This document shows, piece after piece, positions 1 through 8,063 of a DNA stretch of 64,000 bases. The DNA comes from a virus. Its lineage: Duplodnaviria > Caudoviricetes. The notes under the pieces were generated by a model. The model was not told where the DNA came from, made no database searches, and worked only from the letters and a program-made list of their open reading frames with translations. A program made the position numbers and the translations under genes. The stretch's first letter is position 1. The number at the start of each line of letters is the position of its first letter. The stretch is taken from IMG/VR virus record IMGVR_UViG_3300036762_000188; one strand, 5' to 3'.

Positions 1-636
1 TTAGTGGGTAGCCGCTTACGCGGCACTCACTTCGATGGAGAGAAGGATGTAGACGGTAAGGTTCTTCACAGCGATGTAGATACGCGTATAGTATATGCTG
101 TACCTATAGAGGATCGCGTTAGATGCAGTAGTTTTACTAGTAGGTTTAAAGAGGATACTGTAGCCTTTTTCTTAGATGACTACGCGCATAATCTACACCG
201 CGGTAGAAGCAATGAAATGACTATGCTGTTCAGTAATAAGGCAGTGGTGCATCCAGCTATGAAACCCTTAATGGACTTTAAGCATAGGTTTATAAATGAA
301 GTATCAGCTCTAGCTCACTTAAACCGTATTAATTCGGCTATAAACAATGTAGGTAATCCTCATATGACAGATAAGCGTCTGGCAGATGAGTTATACACAT
401 CCGAGTCTTTCATGCTAGGCATGCAATCTCAGTGTAGCGTACAGTATTTAAAAGATGTAATTCTGGGGGCGATACCTAGGGAAGATGCTGTAGAAGTGTT
501 GCATGGGCGATACCAATCCTTATCAGATAGAATATCTTCCGGGTATTATAATGCGGCTCCTTCTAATGCAGAGGTTGCAGAGGTACTGTCAGAAGTACAC
601 AGAGAGGTGTATAGGATCTTCGATAATGACCTCTAA
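1..636 (+). CDS. hypothetical protein, probably 5'-truncated by the window edge
   Basis: Frame is open from base 1; no recognisable motif. Confidence 0.6.
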   Translation, partial: LVGSRLRGTHFDGEKDVDGKVLHSDVDTRIVYAVPIEDRVRCSSFTSRFKEDTVAFFLDDYAHNLHRGRSNEMTMLFSNKAVVHPAMKPLMDFKHRFINEVSALAHLNRINSAINNVGNPHMTDKRLADELYTSESFMLGMQSQCSVQYLKDVILGAIPREDAVEVLHGRYQSLSDRISSGYYNAAPSNAEVAEVLSEVHREVYRIFDNDL

Positions 637-639
637 TAT

Positions 640-649
640 GTTATAAGTA
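640..649 (+). promoter_or_regulatory. GTTATAAGTA phage promoter-like motif
   Basis: Recurrent intergenic motif ahead of an RBS (AAGGAGG) and the ORF at 670. Confidence 0.6.
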
Positions 650-669
650 ATATAACTAAAGGAGGGCTT

Positions 670-912
670 ATGCAAGAGTTAATTTTACTAAATGAACATG
701 GTGAAGTTATATCGGAAGAAGATATAATCAAAGACAGGATTGTTAGTATGAGCGAGGCTATCCTAGCACGTTCTGACACCCTAATACGATTCTTTTCAAA
801 ACGCTACGTAGAGGCGTGGGTGCACGGGAGCTCATTAATGATGTCTTACAAAGGGCGTGAATATGTAATGGTAGTAAGTGCAGACACTGCTAAGCCCTGG
901 AGAATACCTTGA
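670..912 (+). CDS. hypothetical protein
   Basis: Strong RBS; stop overlaps an ATG (TGATG). Confidence 0.7.
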   Translation: MQELILLNEHGEVISEEDIIKDRIVSMSEAILARSDTLIRFFSKRYVEAWVHGSSLMMSYKGREYVMVVSADTAKPWRIP

Positions 913-946
913 TGCATACGCCTAGACGGTCTATACCGTCTAGGCA
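911..946 (+). repeat. duplicated remnant of the RNA ligase gene 5' end, with hairpin
   Basis: GATGCATAC plus GCCTAGACGGTCTATACCGTCTAGGCA matches 4108-4116 and 4140-4166; 11-bp stem at 920-945. Confidence 0.8.
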
Positions 947-969
947 CTAAAACTGGAGTACATACAGTA

Positions 970-1557
970 ATGGAAAAACCAATGACTAGACTGTTCGAAT
1001 GCTACGTTTATCGACCTATGCATATTGAGGCCGTTGAGATTATTGAGCGGTTAATTGCTAATGGTGCGAAGGTTTTTGACTCCATTTGTGGCATGGGGGT
1101 TGGTGGCAAAGAAGGCGTCTATGACAAGTACGATTGCTGGGGCTATCACTCAGGTTCCGGCACATACACATATGATGGGTATAGCCCCCTGGCCTCTAGC
1201 GCCAAACGGCTAACCATGCCAGAATTCCGCGCTGCTTTTCCTTGTGAGAAGTACGATGTACAAAATGACAAATGGTTGCCGGCTATAGGGGAGTGGTTTG
1301 AGGTATGGGTCGATACCGTCGGGTATTGGGCTAGAGCGCAGGCCAAGGCGCACATAGACGGTGGTGTACTGTGGCGTAACGGTTCGGACAGGTCTAGTTA
1401 CCAAGTGGCATTGCCTGATGAGGTACGTCCGCTTGAATCAGAGCGCGAGAAGTTTATTGAGGCTGCTATAGAGGCGGTTGGAGGTAGGCAGGCTGTTATA
1501 TCTGCGGATTCAGTATTCGGCAAACTCTACGACGCAGACTTTAAAGCACCGAAATGA
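970..1557 (+). CDS. hypothetical phage protein
   Basis: 195-aa ORF with upstream GGAG. Confidence 0.7.
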   Translation: MEKPMTRLFECYVYRPMHIEAVEIIERLIANGAKVFDSICGMGVGGKEGVYDKYDCWGYHSGSGTYTYDGYSPLASSAKRLTMPEFRAAFPCEKYDVQNDKWLPAIGEWFEVWVDTVGYWARAQAKAHIDGGVLWRNGSDRSSYQVALPDEVRPLESEREKFIEAAIEAVGGRQAVISADSVFGKLYDADFKAPK

Positions 1558-1591
1558 CTGATGAATTCGCGGGGCATTTTGGAGATAAGAA

Positions 1592-1792
1592 ATGAGGATT
1601 AGCAAAAAACAACTGGAACTCATCGTGCTACTAGAGCGCAGTGGAGGCATGTTCCGCAACGAACTGAATGAAGCGCAATACCCAAAGAGCCTTATAGATG
1701 CCATGATAGATAAGGGGTTGGTTGCTGAATTTAAAGGAAAACTCACAAGCTACACTGCCGACCACAAACTAAAGGCACGTAGCGTACAGTGA
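1592..1792 (+). CDS. small hypothetical protein, possibly winged-helix
   Basis: GGAG RBS; short helical basic ORF. Confidence 0.55.
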   Translation: MRISKKQLELIVLLERSGGMFRNELNEAQYPKSLIDAMIDKGLVAEFKGKLTSYTADHKLKARSVQ

Positions 1793-1992
1793 ATAGGGAT
1801 ACTGCAATGAATTTTGAGATAAAACTAAGTAGCGAAACCGGCGAAAAAGAGTTATATTTATTCGATGAATTCCAAGCCTCGTGGGACGCTAAAGTTAGTG
1901 ATATGAAAATTATTCAGTACGCCATCGGTCGAGCTGTAGAAATTGGTAAGGAAACCAAGGCTAAAGAGGTACGGGAAGCGCTCGGGCTATAG
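1789..1992 (+). CDS. hypothetical protein
   Basis: GTGA overlap with the previous gene. Confidence 0.55.
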   Translation: MNRDTAMNFEIKLSSETGEKELYLFDEFQASWDAKVSDMKIIQYAIGRAVEIGKETKAKEVREALGL

Positions 1993-2031
1993 TCCCAAGC
2001 TAGCTGGTATGTACCGAAGGTCTCATGTGTA

Positions 2032-2337
2032 CAACTAGATTTAGGTGTAAGTTCTGGGAGGTAGGCTTAGAAGCAGCCATCCTTTAAAGAGTAGGGTCTT
2101 TGCTCCTTGTGACAAAATAGCAACTCGAAGTACTTGAATTAGAGTTGTGAAAGTTGAACTAACCTCTATCCACTGATCACGGTAAGTTAGTTAAACGAGT
2201 TGCGTGGAGGTATAGTACCAAAGAGCTAGTAAGAACCTGTGAAATGACATAGGCATAGCGTGAGCGGTAGAAGTCATACCCGCCTAGCCGCCCTTTTGGT
2301 GTAACAACACACCAGAGCTTACACCTAAATCTAGTTG
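2032..2337 (+). ncRNA. structured RNA containing a split 23S rRNA H43/H44 (uL11-binding, GTPase-associated centre) mimic
   Basis: 26-bp closing stem 2032-2057/2312-2337 with one G-U; GGAGGTAGGCTTAGAAGCAGCCATCCTTTAAAGAG at 2057-2091 and GTGTAACAACACACCAG at 2299-2315; no long ORF. Confidence 0.8.
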
Positions 2338-2391
2338 GAAACCACGTATTAAAAGGCAGCGCTGTCCGCTTTGAATTATTTATTGTTGCTC
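2336..2391 (+). repeat. attC-like site 0
   Basis: AAC...GTCCGCTTTGAA...GTTGCTC. Confidence 0.5.
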
Positions 2392-2406
2392 TTGAGGGTA
2401 AGGATT

Positions 2407-2577
2407 ATGAAATATACAGAATGTAAACACGGGAACAAAGGCGCGAATTGCTTAGAGTGCATAACTGAATTTGAAATTGAACTTAAAAATGTATTTAAGA
2501 AAGGAGAACAGGTAAATAAAGTAAAAAGGCAGGCAGTAGTCGAATCACAGTACCGCGCAAATAAACGGCGCTGGTGA
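2407..2577 (+). CDS. cassette-borne small Cys/His protein
   Basis: ATG after AAGGA; CKH...CLEC. Confidence 0.55.
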   Translation: MKYTECKHGNKGANCLECITEFEIELKNVFKKGEQVNKVKRQAVVESQYRANKRRW

Positions 2578-2645
2578 GCAACCCAGAGTTAGTTTGCAGA
2601 ACGAAGCGGGGTGTAGAAATGTCAGAATTGAACGACTTGTTATCT
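2576..2645 (+). repeat. attC-like site 1
   Basis: GAGCAAC (2576-2582) is the exact reverse complement of the cassette start GTTGCTC (2385-2391); site ends in GTTATCT. Confidence 0.75.
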
Positions 2646-2906
2646 GTGATTGAGCCACAACCCCGAGGCATTAAATATATGCTTGGTGGTGAATCATGGA
2701 TGGATGAAAAAGACCAAAGCCCGATCAGACTTAATTGTGAAGAATGGGGCAATCTAGGGCCGATGGAACTAAACCCAGAGATAGAGCCTAATAAGGCCGG
2801 ACTTCGGGTCAAGTGTACGGAAACTATAGCACCAGAAAATGCCAGAGGTTTTACGGTAGTTGATGGTATTTATTATTGGACTAGATCAAGCGTGTGGGAT
2901 AGATAA
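2619..2906 (+). CDS. cassette-borne hypothetical protein
   Basis: Likely start MSELNDLLS lies within the right arm of the attC-like site. Confidence 0.55.
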   Translation: MSELNDLLSVIEPQPRGIKYMLGGESWMDEKDQSPIRLNCEEWGNLGPMELNPEIEPNKAGLRVKCTETIAPENARGFTVVDGIYYWTRSSVWDR

Positions 2907-2948
2907 CCCTTGCCATAAACGGCGGGTGAAGTCATAATGGGATTATAC
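2901..2948 (+). repeat. attC-like site 2 (shortened)
   Basis: AGATAAC is the exact reverse complement of GTTATCT (2639-2645); site ends in ATTATAC. Confidence 0.65.
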
Positions 2949-2963
2949 ACCAAGGAAGGTAGC

Positions 2964-3179
2964 ATGAATACGATTGATTTTTGTTTTTGGTTGCAAGGAT
3001 ATTTTGAAATTAGTGGTGATACTGAAATCACGAAAGAGCAGGTACAGGTCATCAAAGATCATTTGAGTCTTGTTTTTAAGCATGAGATTGACCCGTTGCG
3101 AGAGAAGCAGACTACTACACCTGCCAGCGTTTTAAATGCCGCGCATTCGCCGGTCAATGATATGCAGATTCGGTGCTAG
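2964..3179 (+). CDS. cassette-borne phage-type hypothetical protein
   Basis: RBS AAGGAAGG; FCFWLQGYFE...IKDHLSLVF pattern familiar from small phage proteins. Confidence 0.7.
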   Translation: MNTIDFCFWLQGYFEISGDTEITKEQVQVIKDHLSLVFKHEIDPLREKQTTTPASVLNAAHSPVNDMQIRC

Positions 3180-3181
3180 AC

Positions 3182-3233
3182 GTATAACCCAGAGCTTCGC
3201 CGAAGTGAGGTCTGAAACAGTGAACTGTTAGTT
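3182..3233 (+). repeat. attC-like site 3
   Basis: GTATAAC...GTTAGTT; GTATAAC pairs with ATTATAC (2942-2948) at 6/7. Confidence 0.7.
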
Positions 3234-3252
3234 CTTATCAAAAGGGTGATTT

Positions 3253-3447
3253 ATGAAGAAAGGTAAGGGTGGTCGTTGTAATTTAACAGCGTGCCAAACA
3301 CCGGAGGAGCCGGCTGAATGGTATAATCATGGCAGCCGCGCTTATTACTGTGAAGGTTGCGCAAAGATGCTGAATGAAGACCCGTTTAATAAGCGCGATG
3401 CCCAGGAAATGTTTGGGCATCCTCTTTGCACAATAGAAGAAACGTAA
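3253..3447 (+). CDS. cassette-borne Cys-rich hypothetical protein
   Basis: CNLTAC...YYCEGC putative zinc ligands. Confidence 0.7.
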   Translation: MKKGKGGRCNLTACQTPEEPAEWYNHGSRAYYCEGCAKMLNEDPFNKRDAQEMFGHPLCTIEET

Positions 3448-3498
3448 CCCAGGTTTGCTGTGAGCCACGGCGATTATCTAACCAGTGAATTGTTAGTT
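3442..3498 (+). repeat. attC-like site 4
   Basis: Stop codon lies within TAAC; shares CAGTGAAxTGTTAGTTC with site 3. Confidence 0.7.
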
Positions 3499-3517
3499 CA
3501 CGAAATGAGGATTAGTT

Positions 3518-3721
3518 ATGAATAGAATAGTAATTGACGCGGATGTTGTATGGCCTATTTCAATCGGTATGGTTCTCATAGTGCTGATAATTAATGTGAC
3601 AAGTTGTTCTGAGAAATTTAATCAACTAAAGCACGATGAAACGGTACTATACCTTAATAAAGGGTGTGAGCGAACTATTGTTGCCGGTGGTCCAGGTACA
3701 CATTGGATCTGTACCAAGTGA
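3518..3721 (+). CDS. cassette-borne small membrane protein
   Basis: One hydrophobic segment; GAGG RBS. Confidence 0.65.
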   Translation: MNRIVIDADVVWPISIGMVLIVLIINVTSCSEKFNQLKHDETVLYLNKGCERTIVAGGPGTHWICTK

Positions 3722-3770
3722 AATAACCCACAAACAGAGGCGAAGCCTGGCTTTATGCGCTTGTTAGTAG
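3718..3770 (+). repeat. attC-like site 5
   Basis: GTGAAATAAC pairs 9/10 with GTTAGTTCAC (3492-3501); site ends in GTTAGTAG. Confidence 0.7.
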
Positions 3771-3788
3771 CCTAACCGTAGAGATGAA

Positions 3789-4043
3789 ATGGAAAGAAAA
3801 GAATTCATTAAAAAGTATGGTGAGGTCGAGGTTACCTTCTCTCATTACTATAAATACACATTTACTTTTACTGGAGTCCTAGAAAATGGGAGTATTATAA
3901 GTGTGGATATTGGCGGTAACGCTGATGATATTTATCGCGAAGAGGTTAGTAATGATGAGAAACAAGTGATTTCACATTTAGAGCCGTATGCCGGGCGAGT
4001 TTATAATCAAGGCAAAGAAGTGCATAGTTTCTACGACTACTGA
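3789..4043 (+). CDS. cassette-borne hypothetical protein
   Basis: 84-aa ORF between attC-like sites. Confidence 0.7.
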   Translation: MERKEFIKKYGEVEVTFSHYYKYTFTFTGVLENGSIISVDIGGNADDIYREEVSNDEKQVISHLEPYAGRVYNQGKEVHSFYDY

Positions 4044-4091
4044 CAAAGAGCTTGCGTACCGCAGGTCACGCAGAATGAAGTGTTATTTCAC
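4037..4091 (+). repeat. attC-like site 6
   Basis: CTACTGAC pairs 7/8 with GTTAGTAG (3763-3770); site ends in GTTATTTCAC. Confidence 0.65.
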
Positions 4092-4108
4092 GAACTGAGG
4101 ATATCTAG

Positions 4109-5137
4109 ATGCATACACTTAAACTTTTGAAGGAATCAGGCTTAGACGGTCTATACCGTCTGGGCATCAGGCCTGTTAAGAGAGACGGGCTTATACTCTT
4201 GAATTATAGTCAAGTGGAAAGTCCTAAGTTTCACCCCGTAGTAAATGAATGTCGTAGCCTACTCTTAACAGAGGACTTACAATTAGTAAGCCGCAGCTTC
4301 GACAGATTTTATAATCATAGTCAAGTAGACTCTTCAGAGGATATATCTGATTGTGATGTTTTTGAGAAGATGGATGGTTCTCTTCTGAATATGTACTACC
4401 ATAACGGATGGAAGTATAGATTAAGTGGATCCCTGGATCTTAACCATGGAGTATGGGATCCTACCGGTCTAGACAGTACTACATGGAAAGACTACGTCAA
4501 TAAATGTATGGCTGACGCGCCTCTGCATCTGGCTAATGATCGTGATTGCACTTATATATTTGAGATAGTCGGTAAGAGTAATAAGATAGTAGTGCAGTAC
4601 CCTGAAGCTGATTATAGGCTACTAGCTGTACGGCATAGAGACGGGCGTTATATGCCTATACCTGAGGGTTTTAAACGCCCGCGCAGTTATAAATTCAGTA
4701 CATTAACGGAATGTGTACAGGCTGCTAACTCATTACCTAACCTAGAAGAAGGCTTCGTTATATATAAAGACGGCCCGATTTTAAAGGTCAAAAGTGACGT
4801 CTATATAAAGAGTCATCATATGCGCTTCAATGATATAAGCGCTCGTAGGGTGATGGACATGGTTGTAGAAGGTGATTATGATGAGTACCTCTCGGTATTC
4901 GCAGAACATAAACCTATGTTCGAGCCTTTTATACAAGCTGTAGAGCGTATGAGGCTTGATATGATCAGGCTTAAAGCGGAGAGTGAAGGTTATACTACTC
5001 AGGAATTGAGTAGAATGTATTCTGGAGTAGAACTTTCCATGATATGGTGGGTTAGAAGTGATCGCTCTATATATGAGAATCTAAAAAGTTCAAAGCCTAA
5101 TGCGCGCATTCGTTTATTTAAACATTACATGGAGTAG
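4109..5137 (+). CDS. rnlA: T4 Rnl1-like RNA ligase
   Basis: ECRSL, FDRFYN, motif I EKMDGSL, FE, EEGFVI, KVKS; followed by PNKP. Confidence 0.9.
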   Translation: MHTLKLLKESGLDGLYRLGIRPVKRDGLILLNYSQVESPKFHPVVNECRSLLLTEDLQLVSRSFDRFYNHSQVDSSEDISDCDVFEKMDGSLLNMYYHNGWKYRLSGSLDLNHGVWDPTGLDSTTWKDYVNKCMADAPLHLANDRDCTYIFEIVGKSNKIVVQYPEADYRLLAVRHRDGRYMPIPEGFKRPRSYKFSTLTECVQAANSLPNLEEGFVIYKDGPILKVKSDVYIKSHHMRFNDISARRVMDMVVEGDYDEYLSVFAEHKPMFEPFIQAVERMRLDMIRLKAESEGYTTQELSRMYSGVELSMIWWVRSDRSIYENLKSSKPNARIRLFKHYME

Positions 5138-5139
5138 AT

Positions 5140-5973
5140 ATGATAACATTAACGGTAGGGATACCGGGTAGCGGTAAGAGCACTTGGGCTAAAAAACAAG
5201 ATGCAGTAGAAGTTAACAGGGATATGATACGTAAATCACTATTCTGTAATGGTGATACAGACGCCATGTTTGAGTATCGGTTCACTTCAGATAAAGAGGG
5301 TATAGTCACTGCCACCTCTGTAGCGGCAGTATCTAGTGCAGTATCTGTCGGTAGGGATGTGATAGTGTCGGATACTAATTTAGTAGCCTCGACTAGGGAT
5401 AGGTATAAACTGTTGGCTAAAAACCTGGGAGTAGATTATAAGGAAGTAGTCTTCCCTGACATCGATAAGGCGTTTAAACGTAACCTACAACGCTCTATCC
5501 CGGTACCTATGCAGGTGATGTTGAATATGTATAGGCTATTCCGCCAGTATGAAGGAAGGACACCTTATACACCTGGAGCAGATCCTTGTATCATCTGTGA
5601 TCTGGACGGTACTCTGTATGACATGAACGGTCGCAGTCCTTACGCTGACGATGTGTCAGGTGATTTAGTAAACGAGGTGATACTGAACTTACTTCGTAAG
5701 GTAGAATACCCTATCATCCTCATGTCTGGTCGTAAGGAATCGGCCCGGGCTAGCACCGAGGCTAAGCTGGCAGAGGATGGTGTAGAATATGAGCGACTCA
5801 TAATGCGTGCTACTAGTGATAATAGGCCTGATTATATAGTTAAGGAAGATCTTTTTGATACGCACCTGTCTGATAGGGATGTATGGTTTATCTTAGACGA
5901 CAGGGCTCAGGTAGTTAACATGTGGAGGGCTAAGGGGCTTACATGCTTTCAAGTCGCAGATGGATATTTCTGA
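5140..5973 (+). CDS. pseT: polynucleotide 5'-kinase/3'-phosphatase
   Basis: GIPGSGKST, NRDMIR, SDTNL, HAD motif DLDGT, DDR, FQVA. Confidence 0.93.
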   Translation: MITLTVGIPGSGKSTWAKKQDAVEVNRDMIRKSLFCNGDTDAMFEYRFTSDKEGIVTATSVAAVSSAVSVGRDVIVSDTNLVASTRDRYKLLAKNLGVDYKEVVFPDIDKAFKRNLQRSIPVPMQVMLNMYRLFRQYEGRTPYTPGADPCIICDLDGTLYDMNGRSPYADDVSGDLVNEVILNLLRKVEYPIILMSGRKESARASTEAKLAEDGVEYERLIMRATSDNRPDYIVKEDLFDTHLSDRDVWFILDDRAQVVNMWRAKGLTCFQVADGYF

Positions 5974-6054
5974 ATGGGGTAGTGCCGGTATTAATGTTAC
6001 CGGCTACATATGTAGTAGAAGAGCTTTTTATATTTAATTTAATAGGAGTATTGT

Positions 6055-6360
6055 ATGGGATATCTATTTGCACTATCGATCGTGTGTATAGTAACTTCAC
6101 TGTTCACCGCTAAACTAGGCGTATTATACCTAGTGCTACTGGTGGCTAGTATTCTCGGCGGATTAGTGCTAGGTGGGTCTAAGCGGTTAGTAAAGGTTTT
6201 ACTGGTGGGGTTTATCATTATACCGGTAGTATACGCTGTTATGCCAGTTATAATGGCTATATACGGAGGCGTGGTATTAGGCTATACTATAGCACAGGCT
6301 TCTGATATCGGCAGGGTAGTAGGAGAGATTGTAGAAGGGATTGTAGACGCGATTGATTAA
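6055..6360 (+). CDS. small integral membrane protein
   Basis: Almost entirely hydrophobic; AGGAG RBS. Confidence 0.7.
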   Translation: MGYLFALSIVCIVTSLFTAKLGVLYLVLLVASILGGLVLGGSKRLVKVLLVGFIIIPVVYAVMPVIMAIYGGVVLGYTIAQASDIGRVVGEIVEGIVDAID

Positions 6361-6368
6361 GGAGTTTC

Positions 6369-6884
6369 ATGAATTCATGGCTTACTAGTGACTTACACGC
6401 AGGGCATGCTGGTATCTCACGTTTCCGGAAGATACCCGATGGCCTTACGAATGAGGAATGGCTAGAGAGGGAATGGGGTAAACACATAGGCAAGCGGGAT
6501 ATCGTGAGATGCCTAGGCGACAATGTGTTTACCCCTGAGATGATAGAGTGGCTTAAAGGACTACCAGGGACCAAACATGGTATTGGAGGCAATCATGACG
6601 ATCTACCCGCACATCTATATCTGGAGTGTTTCGCCACTTACCGAGGGATGGATCGTTACAAAGGTGTGTGGCTCACACATTCTCCGATGCATCCCGCAGA
6701 GTTACGTGGAAGGTTTAATGTTCATGGGCATGTGCATTATCAGAGCATAGACGACTGGCGTTATATTAATGTGTGCTGCGACAATCTATGGGAGAATATA
6801 GGTAGGCCCTTTATAACCCTGGATGAGCTACGGGCTACTATGGAATTAAGGAAGATTTCAAGGAAGGTGGAATTTGCGTTATAA
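6369..6884 (+). CDS. calcineurin-like metallophosphoesterase
   Basis: SDLH, LGD, GNHD, THSP, HGHVH motifs. Confidence 0.9.
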   Translation: MNSWLTSDLHAGHAGISRFRKIPDGLTNEEWLEREWGKHIGKRDIVRCLGDNVFTPEMIEWLKGLPGTKHGIGGNHDDLPAHLYLECFATYRGMDRYKGVWLTHSPMHPAELRGRFNVHGHVHYQSIDDWRYINVCCDNLWENIGRPFITLDELRATMELRKISRKVEFAL

Positions 6885-7053
6885 GAAACATGTGACACGA
6901 GATACAATACGTACTGTCCTAGCCGGCAGTACTAACAAAGAGCGCCTATGCGCTCTTTTTGATTCCATTGGTCTGTCCGAAGGCTTCGTAGTGTTCGAGG
7001 AGTCTAATGGTACGGTACAGGCAGTAGATATAACCATAAACTACGAGGATTGA
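6874..7053 (+). CDS. 59-aa hypothetical protein absent from the ORF track; paralogue of the next gene
   Basis: TTG start after AGGAAGGTGG; LAGSTNKERLCALFDSIGLSEGFVVF aligns with LKGETRKEFLENVYKTIGDDEVYLVF. Confidence 0.6.
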   Translation: MRYKKHVTRDTIRTVLAGSTNKERLCALFDSIGLSEGFVVFEESNGTVQAVDITINYED

Positions 7054-7054
7054 T

Positions 7055-7288
7055 ATGACAGTTTTATTTAAAGTGAACGGTGGGTCTATCTCTGAACGAC
7101 TAAAGGGTGAGACACGTAAGGAATTCCTAGAGAACGTGTATAAGACCATAGGTGACGACGAGGTGTACTTAGTTTTTAAACCGGTAGGCTTTAGATATAT
7201 GGCTACAGGTATACTCCCTATGCACCAAGCATGCCCATGGCCTGTAGTAAAGGATAGTACCCTGAACGATCTGTTACAAAAGCCTTAA
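7055..7288 (+). CDS. hypothetical protein
   Basis: GAGG RBS; 77 aa. Confidence 0.65.
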   Translation: MTVLFKVNGGSISERLKGETRKEFLENVYKTIGDDEVYLVFKPVGFRYMATGILPMHQACPWPVVKDSTLNDLLQKP

Positions 7289-7583
7289 GAAATGTAACAC
7301 GTTTGTAACACCATAATTCCAGCAATGGCGTGGCTTTTTCTTGATTTGTTACAAAAAAACATTGTTACATAAAATAATACACATACTATGAGAGAGAGAG
7401 GAAGAGGGAGGAATGTATATATAAATACACTATATAAGAAAAGTGTGTTTTTATATATAGGCCTCTCCCTCTCTCATAGTATGTGTGTGTTCTGGTGTTT
7501 CTGTGTTTTCTGTAACGACTCCTCCCCAGCCCGCATAGAAGCTAGGATCCGGCGTTACACGGGTGTTACAGGAATTGTTACAG
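7271..7583 (+). repeat. 313-bp origin-like element, copy 1
   Basis: About nine GTTAC/GTAAC iterons, an 18-bp inverted repeat (7379-7396/7469-7486) and an AT-rich core; inverted copy at 35606-35918. Confidence 0.9.
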
Positions 7584-7610
7584 TAAACTATTATAATCAA
7601 GGAGAAGATT

Positions 7611-8063
7611 ATGAAGACAGATTGTAAGCAGTTCCCTAAATCTATGCCTGTAATAGTTAATGATAAACCTAAGGGTGTCAACTTCAGGTTAACGGAGGTA
7701 TGTACAAACACCCTTATCTATAGGGGTAAACGCTTACCCAATAGAAGTGGAGGTCTTGTCGATATTAAGTGTAGTAGTGTTCATGGATATTCTAACCTAT
7801 ACACTTTAACTATCACAGCTAGGGCTGGGTATGAGTTCGACGGCGCTAGCATACCACGAGTTTCCTGGTCCATAGGACATCCTATGTCTCCTAAGTTCCA
7901 GCGTGCTGCGCTTATACACAATATCCTCTACGGGTTTCGTACGGATCGAGAGACCAACGATGAGCTATTCTACCAGTTATTACTAGAGGATGGCGTCAAT
8001 AAATTCAGAGCTAAACTGATGTGGACTGCGGTCCGCGTTGGTGGTGTATTTTACTATCTATAA
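7611..8063 (+). CDS. DUF1353-like protein
   Basis: FDGASIPR, AALIHNILY, AKLMWTAVRVGG. Confidence 0.75.
   Translation: MKTDCKQFPKSMPVIVNDKPKGVNFRLTEVCTNTLIYRGKRLPNRSGGLVDIKCSSVHGYSNLYTLTITARAGYEFDGASIPRVSWSIGHPMSPKFQRAALIHNILYGFRTDRETNDELFYQLLLEDGVNKFRAKLMWTAVRVGGVFYYL

Larger units (their letters stand above)
947..4107 (+). mobile_element. inserted accessory island (small ORFs, structured RNA, cassette array)
   Basis: Bracketed by two copies of the RNA ligase start; contains attC-like sites. Exact edges uncertain. Confidence 0.6.

Noticed and set aside
1427-1440. GTCCGCTTGAA resembling an attC right arm
   Set aside because: Inside a coding region with no matching AAC/GTT ends.
1984-2031. 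tRNA-like fragment (AGCTGGTA...CTCAT)
   Set aside because: No T arm or acceptor stem can be built; I found no convincing tRNA in the window.
2054-2091. rRNA gene or host contamination
   Set aside because: Only H43/H44 are present, split by an insert and closed by a non-rRNA stem; flanks are phage-like.
2385-4091. CRISPR array
   Set aside because: Spacers are whole ORFs and the repeats are not identical; the pattern fits attC cassettes. No CRISPR array was seen elsewhere.
6878-6887. GTTATAAGAA as a promoter copy
   Set aside because: Imperfect and lies within two overlapping coding regions; may be chance.
7388-7627. ORF MRERGRGRNVY... and its twin at 35595-35801
   Set aside because: Both lie inside the palindromic repeat; the similarity reflects the DNA repeat, composition is low-complexity and there is no RBS.
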